Positions 1 to 7,038 of a stretch of DNA of 64,000 bases are shown in pieces; the first letter of the stretch is position 1, and every line of letters starts with the position of its first letter. The notes beneath the pieces are model-generated. The model was not told where the DNA came from, searched no databases, and saw nothing but the letters and a program-made list of their open reading frames with translations. The stretch comes from Gelidibacter sp. (lineage in GTDB: Bacteria > Bacteroidota > Bacteroidia > Flavobacteriales > Flavobacteriaceae): assembly GCF_039916245.1 (NCBI RefSeq), contig NZ_JBDSLS010000108.1, positions 1,230 through 65,229 on the forward strand, given 5' to 3'. The position numbers and the translations under genes are program-made.

Positions 1-2
1 AT

Positions 3-743
3 ATCGACAAGCTCAAAGATGTGAGTGAATTGCAGGAAGAGTTTTTGGATACCTTGCTCCGAAAGAAAGAACCCATTAAAAAAAGCAGACTATTTCAAGC
101 GGCTTCCATCGTTTATTATACTTCCGTAGAACAAAAATTTATTTTTAATCGTTTTGTTCAAGGAAAAATCATAAAAGCGCCAGAAGGTTCAGGTGCTGAA
201 TATATGACTAGCTGGAGCTTTTTTGATGTCGGCTGCAACCGACCATTTATCTGCTATATGTACTTCGATTTTGAAGGTTCTAATATTGAAAACAACAAAA
301 CACAAATTTACGAGGTACTAAAAAACTCAGCCGATAGAGACATGACCTTAGAGGTCATGGCGTATGGCATTGATAGAAAATTAGAGGATATCAAACCAAA
401 ACATATCAAAAGGGTTGATTTGGGACCTTTTCATAATGTTTATGCCAAGGACGAAAATCAAATTACCCATGCCATTTTAAAAAGTATTGCCAATAAAGAG
501 GTGCCATTGGAATCGTATGCATTGTCCTTAAGTATTGACGAAGTGACTTCTGGAAGTGAATTTTCTGAAGGCGGCTATTTCTCCAAACAGATCTTACAAA
601 AATGGAACGGACCCATCCAAAAAAGTTATGTCTTGGCGCCACATCGCATTATTCAGTTATTGTACAGTAAAACACCTGAAATCATGAATGGGTTGGCCAA
701 ACCACCGATTCAGATTGCGGATTTGAAGATAAGTAAAGAGTAG
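3..743 (+). CDS. Hypothetical protein, 5'-truncated by the window edge; first visible gene of the AAA operon
   Basis: Frame is open from position 3 (IDKLKDVSELQEE...), so the GTG at 21 is not the real start; stop TAG 741-743; no recognisable catalytic motif. Confidence 0.8.
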   Translation: MDKLKDVSELQEEFLDTLLRKKEPIKKSRLFQAASIVYYTSVEQKFIFNRFVQGKIIKAPEGSGAEYMTSWSFFDVGCNRPFICYMYFDFEGSNIENNKTQIYEVLKNSADRDMTLEVMAYGIDRKLEDIKPKHIKRVDLGPFHNVYAKDENQITHAILKSIANKEVPLESYALSLSIDEVTSGSEFSEGGYFSKQILQKWNGPIQKSYVLAPHRIIQLLYSKTPEIMNGLAKPPIQIADLKISKE

Positions 744-744
744 A

Positions 745-781
745 AGTCGGCAGTCAGCAGTCTTCAGTCTTCAGTCGGCAG
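745..781. repeat. Heptamer tract, left arm of four-helix-bundle element 1
   Basis: AGTCGGC AGTCAGC AGTCTTC AGTCTTC AGTCGGC AG; reverse complement of the tracts at 916-943 and 1343-1405. Confidence 0.9.
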
Positions 782-835
782 ATATTTCGATTTGAAATTG
801 TTTTAGTCATTAATATCAAAACTGAGGGCTGAAAA

Positions 836-915
836 ATGGATTATAAAGATGATAGTGAACTCTTAAGTTATATGGTGAAAAATTTTGGATTAAAATATTA
901 ACGGCAATCTAAAAG
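836..915 (+). pseudogene. Decayed copy of the 3' end and downstream spacer of the adjacent four-helix-bundle gene
   Basis: 860-901 reads LLSYMVKNFGLKY* versus LLNYMINNPDKFGLK* at 1268-1315; both are followed by GGCAAT(CT/TC)AAAAG and a heptamer arm. Confidence 0.65.
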
Positions 916-943
916 TAAGACTGAAGACTGCCAACTGAAGACT
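916..943. repeat. Heptamer tract, right arm R1, ending 6 nt before ATG 950
   Basis: TAAGACT GAAGACT GCCAACT GAAGACT then AAAAAC ATG. Confidence 0.9.
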
Positions 944-949
944 AAAAAC

Positions 950-1315
950 ATGGGTTTCAAAAAATTATTAGCATATCAGAGAGGATTTGATTTAGCCATG
1001 GATATTTTCCACGTGACAAAGGGTTTTCCGAAATCCGAACAATTTGTATTGACGTCTCAAATGGTAAGATCAAGCCGAGCTGTTTGCTCAGCAATTGCAG
1101 AAGCTTATAGAAAACGACAATATGAAAAGCATTTCAAAAGTAAATTATCTGATGCTGATAGTGAAAATTCTGAAACTCAATTGTGGTTAGATTTTGCTTT
1201 GGCTTGAGATTATATAGCTGAACCTAAGAGAATAGAATTACAACTAAAGAGTGAAGAAATTGGAAGACTCTTAAATTATATGATCAACAATCCCGATAAA
1301 TTCGGATTAAAATAA
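950..1315 (+). pseudogene. Four helix bundle protein (23S rRNA IVS-protein family) with an in-frame TGA at codon 86
   Basis: Family motifs LLAYQRGFDLA, FPKSEQFVLTSQMVRSSRAV, IAEAYRKR, SETQLWLDFA. After TGA 1205-1207 the same frame continues DYIAEPKRIELQLKSEEIGRLLNYMINNPDKFGLK to TAA 1313-1315. Confidence 0.85.
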
Positions 1316-1342
1316 TAATGGCAATTCAAAAGATAGAACACT

Positions 1343-1405
1343 ATAGACTACGGACTGCAGACTGCCAGCTGAGGACTGCCCGCTGAGGACTGCCAACTGA
1401 AGACT
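1343..1405. repeat. Heptamer tract, right arm R2 (9 units), ending 8 nt before the AAA ATG
   Basis: ATAGACT ACGGACT GCAGACT GCCAGCT GAGGACT GCCCGCT GAGGACT GCCAACT GAAGACT then TAAAAAAT ATG. Confidence 0.9.
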
Positions 1406-1413
1406 TAAAAAAT

Positions 1414-3372
1414 ATGCAACAAAACTCCACATTCCCCATAAAACAAAACGAACTCGATATGCTTCGTGATGAAGCAGCATCGTATCTCAAAAGCATCCAA
1501 TGGGAGCAAGGGCAACGTGCCAAAAGCAAAGACAAAAATGCTAAGGACGATTCAATTCTGCTTTATCTTTCTAGAGCCAATAACGGCTCAAATAATCCGG
1601 AAACGACTTCGGTATCTAAAACGATTTTGGAGCTTAAAAAACGTCTGTTGCCAGATTCTATTGCCATTCCTGTGTTACTCAATCAAACCTTATATGCCGT
1701 TCAGGAAGGTCTGACTTTGGGGATTTGGATCAAGGACAGTTATTATCATGCCTCAGGATTATCCAGTTTAAATGAGCGTAAAGCTTCTTTGGACAGCTTG
1801 GGCAAAAGAGAATATGAAAGCAAAATGCACACCGCTACAGCGTTCATGTTGTTTGCCGCGGCCTATAATATTTTACATAACCTTAAATCGTATGCGTCGG
1901 ATGATTTGAGCGTCATGAAACAGAAATTTGCTGGAATTCCTGAGGTGTCGTTATTAACGCCATTAAAAGGTGTGGCCTGTACTTTATTTTATTATGATAA
2001 GTATTTGGGACATCCAGATATTATCAAAAGCGATAAGGACGTGGCTGATTTTACAGTGGTGTTTTTTGAAGCGCTGATTGACGAAATCCAAATGCGAAAA
2101 TCTACTTTAGAATATCAAGAAACTATTTTGGATCGCACTTATAAACTGGAGCATTCAGATTTCGCGATTTCTGGATGGAATAACGCTTTCGCCGGTGCTG
2201 CCAAAAGTATAGAGTTCAACAAAATAAAGTTTGAGCAAATTGTCGGTAATAAAGACGCCAAACATTTTGCCCGGCGTTTAACGGAGCGAATGTTGAGTTA
2301 TGATTTTACGGCAAAAAAAAATCCGTTTCAGGAATTGGGCGGATTTATGCCAGTCTTTATGGGCTACGGCATCCCTGGAACAGGAAAAAGTATGCTCATT
2401 GCCGCTATTGCGACGCGATTAAAAGAGTATTGTGACCATTTAGAAATCCCGTTTTTATTTCATCCGATGCCAGATACCTTGATCTCCACTTTTCAAGGTG
2501 GTTCGGCAGAGAAAATGGTGGAGTGGATGAAACCCATGCAAGATCCCACAAAATTGATTTTTGCGCCGATTGATGATGCCGAAAACAATTTACAGGAGCG
2601 AACCGCTCAAGGGGTTTCTGCCGGTGTTAAAGAAGTCATTGGAGTGTTTTTGAGATATACGGAAGGCGCGTACGCAGTAAATTATGGCAACAGCGCCATC
2701 GGACTATTTACCAATTTACCAGAAATGCTGGATAAAGCCGTGATTTCGCGTGTGCAAGGACGATTCAAAATTGATGGTGCGCGAACGGAAAACGACTTTT
2801 TGGATCAGGATCATTTATGGTGGCGCAAGTTACAGGACACCATGCCAGATTTTATAAATATGAAAAATCCTGATCAATATAAATATCTTCAAGATCAAGG
2901 TTTGGCAAAAAGTATGGGAGAAATCTTGAAATCTGTGGATAAGCCTTCAGAAGAACGAGTCCATGCCGTTTATGATCGTGTTGAAAAGCAGTTTCAAACG
3001 AATGAACATCAGTTTTACGCCAATTTATATAAGGAAATCCAACAGGTTTTTCCATTCTTTTCATCGCGTGATGTCAGGAATATCCAATCGGCCATTTCAT
3101 TGCGTTTAACTGATTTTGATTTGGAAACGGCTTGGTTCGATAATCCGGAATTTTATTTTAAACAGACGTATGATACCAAATTCAACATGCTACAGGAATT
3201 GATGCGCGCTAATATGAAAGGTCTTAATTTTTCAGAAATAAGACGTCAGGAAGTGGTGCGTTATCTTGATAATGTGGCCACTATAGCCGACACCGATTTT
3301 AAACGTCAAGTCGATTCAAGAGTCAATCAGCTCAATATAGAATTGGAAGCACGAAAGAAGTTTGAGAAATAG
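1414..3372 (+). CDS. AAA+ ATPase (classic AAA clade-like) with a long uncharacterised N-terminal region
   Basis: Walker A GIPGTGKS (2368-2391), pore-loop-like LISTFQG, Walker B IFAPIDDAE, sensor-1 LFTN, SRH-like LDKAVISRVQGRF. Confidence 0.85.
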   Translation: MQQNSTFPIKQNELDMLRDEAASYLKSIQWEQGQRAKSKDKNAKDDSILLYLSRANNGSNNPETTSVSKTILELKKRLLPDSIAIPVLLNQTLYAVQEGLTLGIWIKDSYYHASGLSSLNERKASLDSLGKREYESKMHTATAFMLFAAAYNILHNLKSYASDDLSVMKQKFAGIPEVSLLTPLKGVACTLFYYDKYLGHPDIIKSDKDVADFTVVFFEALIDEIQMRKSTLEYQETILDRTYKLEHSDFAISGWNNAFAGAAKSIEFNKIKFEQIVGNKDAKHFARRLTERMLSYDFTAKKNPFQELGGFMPVFMGYGIPGTGKSMLIAAIATRLKEYCDHLEIPFLFHPMPDTLISTFQGGSAEKMVEWMKPMQDPTKLIFAPIDDAENNLQERTAQGVSAGVKEVIGVFLRYTEGAYAVNYGNSAIGLFTNLPEMLDKAVISRVQGRFKIDGARTENDFLDQDHLWWRKLQDTMPDFINMKNPDQYKYLQDQGLAKSMGEILKSVDKPSEERVHAVYDRVEKQFQTNEHQFYANLYKEIQQVFPFFSSRDVRNIQSAISLRLTDFDLETAWFDNPEFYFKQTYDTKFNMLQELMRANMKGLNFSEIRRQEVVRYLDNVATIADTDFKRQVDSRVNQLNIELEARKKFEK

Positions 3373-3417
3373 AGAAAAGAGGGAAGAAAATAGAGTATAG
3401 AAAATAGACAATAGAAG
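3369..3417. repeat. Heptamer tract (ATAGAnn family, 7 units) starting at the AAA stop codon
   Basis: ATAGAGA AAAGAGG GAAGAAA ATAGAGT ATAGAAA ATAGACA ATAGAAG. Confidence 0.8.
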
Positions 3418-3461
3418 TTCATCAATAAACATGAGAGACGAACTGAAATAAAGGCTAATAA

Positions 3462-3502
3462 ATCAGTGGAAATCAGCAGAATCAGCATCATCAGTGTTCT
3501 AT
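3462..3502. repeat. ATCAG 9/10-mer repeat element
   Basis: ATCAG at 3462, 3472, 3481, 3490; the end ATCAGCATCATCAGTGTTCTAT resembles 55280-55301 and 55391-55412. Confidence 0.7.
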
Positions 3503-3574
3503 GAAAATTAAACGAATTATTGTCTAATATGAATGAGTTCATTAAACCGATTAACACCACACAAACAACAAAGA

Positions 3575-4168
3575 ATGTCAGAAAACATAAAAAATATCGT
3601 CCATAAAACCCTTTCTAAAGCTTGGGCAACTTTGCTTCAGATTGATTATGATTATAAATTCAAAGACGGTACATGGAAACGCGTTTCAAGAGAAAGTTAT
3701 GATCGCGGAAATGGCACAGGCGTTTTGTTATATAATATTGAAAAGAGGACTGTTATTTTGACGAAACAATTCCGGATGCCCATTTACGAAACTAATCCTG
3801 ATGAAGCCATGTCACTTGAAGTCTGCGCTGGAGCCATTGATAAAAATCAATCCCCAGAATCGACCATCATTCGAGAAGTGGAAGAAGAAGTGGGGTATAA
3901 AATAAAAGAAGTTAAAAAGGTTCTGGAAGCTTATATGTCTCCTGGAGCATTAACAGAAAAAATGTATTTATTTATTGCGCCTTATACAGATGCTATGAAG
4001 ATTAATGAAGGTGGCGGTGTTGCGGGAGAACATGAAGAGATTGAAGTTTTGGAAATGCCGTTTTTAAAAGCTCTCAAAATGATGGAATCAGGAGACATTC
4101 GAGATGCTAAAACAATCATGTTGTTACAGTATGCACAAATGAATGATTTAATAAAGAATAAAGAATAA
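3575..4168 (+). CDS. nudK: Nudix hydrolase, GDP-mannose pyrophosphatase NudK/YffH-like
   Basis: Nudix box GAIDKNQSPESTIIREVEEEVG; RESYDRGNG, YMSPG and DAKTIMLLQY typical of NudK; ATG 3575 is preferred over 3533. Confidence 0.75.
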   Translation: MSENIKNIVHKTLSKAWATLLQIDYDYKFKDGTWKRVSRESYDRGNGTGVLLYNIEKRTVILTKQFRMPIYETNPDEAMSLEVCAGAIDKNQSPESTIIREVEEEVGYKIKEVKKVLEAYMSPGALTEKMYLFIAPYTDAMKINEGGGVAGEHEEIEVLEMPFLKALKMMESGDIRDAKTIMLLQYAQMNDLIKNKE

Positions 4169-4226
4169 AGAATAAAGAATAAAGAATAAAGAATAAAGAA
4201 TAAAGAATAAAGAATAAAGAATAAAG
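4150..4226. repeat. Perfect tandem repeat (AATAAAG)x11
   Basis: 77 bp counted directly; the nudK stop TAA 4166-4168 lies inside it; (TAGAAAC)x2 follows at 4234-4247. Confidence 0.95.
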
Positions 4227-4253
4227 TTTATTTTAGAAACTAGAAACCAGTTA

Positions 4254-5489
4254 ATGGAAAAGCTAAAAGCAGCACATTTATTTAGAGATGAACTCATCCC
4301 AATTAGTGGGAAGCTTGTTGAGCGTTACAATCAGTGCCTGAAAACTTTGGGAATTGCTGAAACAAAACTCTCGGGTTTTTCTATTGACGGAATTGGTTGG
4401 AGTCCTGAAATTGCTGAAGAAAAAAAGGAAATTCATTATCTAAATAATGGAGAGGCCAATCCAAACGGTATCATCATAACGCCATTGCAAAAGGGAAAAC
4501 CTGTGTATGTGCCTTTTCATACTTTTGATAGGGATATGATGCAGCACATCTTTAAAACCTATGAAGAAAAAATCAATGATATTACGAGAGACTGTGCGAT
4601 TTGCATTGATTTTGACCAATATATCGATGCCTTTTATGAGCCTTTAGATATTTTAAAATACAAGGATATTTCCATAAGTTTTAAACTGATCAACAATCTT
4701 GATAAGGAGCAAAAAAAGCAGTTTCAACTGATTGATAGCTTTAAACAGGGCAATAATTTTATTGATGAACACCTGCAGCAACAGTTGTTGGACTCGGCAA
4801 AAACCTATGGCGATTTAAGACACCGAAATTTAGAGCTCAATGAGCTTTATTTCTCAACGGATTCGTTTTACACCAGCGCATTTGGAGGTGTGTATCTATT
4901 ACGAGATTTCATAGCGCCAATTATGGTGTTCGAAGATGAGAAATGGCATAAGGAAGCCATAAAAGATACGTCTCATGAGGTTTTTATTTATCACATTTCG
5001 CAACCAGAATTGCTCGATAAATTACAAGACCATTTAATTATCGAATATGATTTAGAAGAAGTGGTAAAGACACCACGCTATGAACGTATCAAAAAATTCA
5101 TGTTTTCTCAGATTTTAAAGGACACCCAAAACCCAATAAAAGATATTTTGGATGACAAAGTGCTGTTCAAAGGCTATTTGAACAAAATGACGATTGAAGA
5201 CCGTAAGAAAGTCATGAGTGTTGAGCTTTATCTCGAAAAAATGGAAGTCAGCAACCAATATAAATTGGCAGATATTGTAGATGTCAAACTTTTTGAAGCC
5301 TTGCAACAACCGCATTCATCATTGAGTCCGAAGCATCAGGATTTGATTTGGAAATTATTGGTTAATATTTCGCCTTTGGATGTTTTATTCTTGTATTGGT
5401 ATGATAAAGAGCAGTTTTATAAAAATTATAAGGATTGGGATGAATCGTTGAAAGATTGGGTGATTGAAACCATCCGTAACAATATATAG
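4254..5489 (+). CDS. DUF6638-like protein of unknown function
   Basis: 411-aa ORF; LVERYNQCL, FSIDGIGWSPEI, YLNNGEANP and FYTSAFGGVYLLRD match my recollection of DUF6638 (not searched). Confidence 0.6.
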   Translation: MEKLKAAHLFRDELIPISGKLVERYNQCLKTLGIAETKLSGFSIDGIGWSPEIAEEKKEIHYLNNGEANPNGIIITPLQKGKPVYVPFHTFDRDMMQHIFKTYEEKINDITRDCAICIDFDQYIDAFYEPLDILKYKDISISFKLINNLDKEQKKQFQLIDSFKQGNNFIDEHLQQQLLDSAKTYGDLRHRNLELNELYFSTDSFYTSAFGGVYLLRDFIAPIMVFEDEKWHKEAIKDTSHEVFIYHISQPELLDKLQDHLIIEYDLEEVVKTPRYERIKKFMFSQILKDTQNPIKDILDDKVLFKGYLNKMTIEDRKKVMSVELYLEKMEVSNQYKLADIVDVKLFEALQQPHSSLSPKHQDLIWKLLVNISPLDVLFLYWYDKEQFYKNYKDWDESLKDWVIETIRNNI

Positions 5490-5545
5490 CTAAGAGCTAG
5501 AAGCATGAAGAATAGAGTTGGAAGATTGAAGCACGAAGCATGAAG
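5487..5545. repeat. Heptamer tract, left arm of four-helix-bundle element 2
   Basis: TAGCTAA GAGCTAG AAGCATG AAGAATA GAGTTGG AAGATTG AAGCACG AAGCATG AAG; begins with the upstream stop TAG. Confidence 0.85.
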
Positions 5546-5844
5546 TTTTATATCTTTATAATTTAGATATTAGAGAGTTGTAATTTGAAGGTTTGATTCT
5601 TTCGCAAAAACGCGAGGAATATTTTGCAACATAAAACTTTAGCAATAAAATAAGAAATGATGTACGTAATGACTCGGTTGAGTTTTTAATATTTCATCGA
5701 TAAAACGTATAAGAAATGTCATTTTTTGAAGTTTTGGAATATAAACTGAAGTTAAACTAAAGTGTTTTGCTTTCAGTTTCTTGCTTCAAACCTAAATATA
5801 AGTTTATGATTCAAATAGAAATAATTTTATTAAATAGCAATAGT

Positions 5845-5879
5845 CAAGCTTCGTGCTCCACGCTTCCAGCTTCCAACTT
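5845..5879. repeat. Heptamer tract, right arm R1 of element 2, 8 nt before ATG 5888
   Basis: CAAGCTT CGTGCTC CACGCTT CCAGCTT CCAACTT; reverse complement of the 5487-5545 consensus. Confidence 0.85.
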
Positions 5880-5887
5880 TTTTTATC

Positions 5888-6248
5888 ATGAAATTTAAAT
5901 TTGAAAATTTAATAATTTGGCAGAAAGCGATGGACTTGGGAGAGGAGATGAATGCTTTAGCATATAAGTTTCCAAAAGAAGAGCTATATAATCTTTCTTC
6001 CCAAGTTAGAAGAGCGTCAGATTCTATAGCATTGAATATTTCAGAAGGTTCAATTTTGCAATCAGATGCTGAATATAGAAAATTCTTAGGTTATGCAATA
6101 AGATCAACTGCCCGAAGTAGTGACGTGTTTGCATAAAGCGAAAAGAAGAAATTGTTTGAATGAAGACGATTTTCTTAAATTCTATAAAGCATGTTTTGAT
6201 TTAATGAATATGACCATTGCATTTAGGAACAGAATTAAAAAAGCATGA
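5888..6248 (+). pseudogene. Four helix bundle protein (IVS-protein family), frameshifted by one extra C
   Basis: FKFENLIIWQKAMDL, FPKEELYNLSSQVRRASDSIALNISEGS. Removing one C from GCCCGAA (6110-6116) restores EVVTCLHKAKRRNCLNEDDFLKFYKACFDLMNMTIAFRNRIKKA to TGA 6246-6248. Confidence 0.85.
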
Positions 6249-6421
6249 AGCACGAATTTGGATGCGCGAAGTAATACTTTTTTTACCACAATAATTGTTA
6301 AACTTCGCGCTTCATGCTCCCAACTTCAAACATAAATATGATAACTTATGATTGCATTAGAAATAGAATTAATCATCTGCAAGTTCAAAGCTTCGGGCTT
6401 CGAGCTTCAAACTTCCAGCTT
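6241..6421. repeat. Heptamer tracts after element-2 gene: left-type 6241-6271, right-type 6299-6333 and 6380-6421
   Basis: AAGCATG AAGCACG AATTTGG ATGCGCG AAG / TAAACTT CGCGCTT CATGCTC CCAACTT / AAAGCTT CGGGCTT CGAGCTT CAAACTT CCAGCTT then TTACAC ATG (6428). Confidence 0.85.
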
Positions 6422-6427
6422 TTACAC

Positions 6428-6946
6428 ATGACACTAGAAATTATCGTTTTTATCGGCTCAATTTTATTCGGAATTCTTCTGTATTGGAGAGAGTCAAACG
6501 GCAACGGACTGTATCGTTTTTTTAATAAAATGATGTATTCCAAAAAGCTTCAGATGTCGCCTAATGATCCTACAGGTTTTCTATATCAACAAAAATTCTT
6601 GCTGCGGTTGGTATTTGTTGGAATGATATTTCTGGTTGGAATTTTGATTGCGAGATTCCTGATTCCAATTGATGTTGCTACGATTTCAGTATTTGCTTCG
6701 AGTATTGTCGGTACGCTTTTGGGAACTTATATTGGCGGATTTATTTTAAAGTCTGAAAAAATAATTGACGCGCAAAGTGATTCTATAGAGCGAAAATTGG
6801 ATGGTGCCATTGATCAAGGTCGTGATTTTATTAAGGATATTTCAACACGACAACCAAAAGTTGTAGAAGAAGCAGAAAAGGAAGTTCTCAAAGATCCGAA
6901 TCAAAAAAGTGCGCGAGAACGCTTGAAGGATAAAGGATTGATGTGA
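6428..6946 (+). CDS. Hypothetical membrane protein (about 3-4 TM helices, charged C-terminal tail)
   Basis: The ORF-track start 6314 runs through repeat DNA; ATG 6428 starts the hydrophobic segment MTLEIIVFIGSILFGILLYW. Confidence 0.75.
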   Translation: MTLEIIVFIGSILFGILLYWRESNGNGLYRFFNKMMYSKKLQMSPNDPTGFLYQQKFLLRLVFVGMIFLVGILIARFLIPIDVATISVFASSIVGTLLGTYIGGFILKSEKIIDAQSDSIERKLDGAIDQGRDFIKDISTRQPKVVEEAEKEVLKDPNQKSARERLKDKGLM

Positions 6947-6992
6947 TTTTTGAGTAGTGAATAACGATTGAAGATTAACGATTTTTGAATTT
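6944..6992. repeat. Degenerate heptamer tract (nGAnTnn) starting at the stop codon
   Basis: TGATTTT TGAGTAG TGAATAA CGATTGA AGATTAA CGATTTT TGAATTT. Confidence 0.65.
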
Positions 6993-7038
6993 CTGATTAT
7001 ATCAACTTTACGACAAACAACACACAACAGAAAAGGCC

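Noticed and set aside
836-856. Mini-ORF starting MDYKDD, resembling a FLAG tag
   Set aside because: It continues SE rather than DDK, has no vector context, and the rest aligns with the neighbouring four-helix gene; coincidence.
1205-1260. Selenocysteine recoding of the in-frame TGA
   Set aside because: No SECIS-like hairpin follows the TGA (the sequence is A-rich), no sel genes are in the window, and the protein is not a redox enzyme.
950-6248. Diversity-generating retroelement (four-helix proteins resemble Avd)
   Set aside because: No reverse transcriptase and no TR/VR pair differing at adenines were seen.
6314-6427. N-terminal 38 codons of the ORF-track 210-aa protein
   Set aside because: They run through heptamer arms; ATG 6428 has the same arm-linker-ATG context as other genes.
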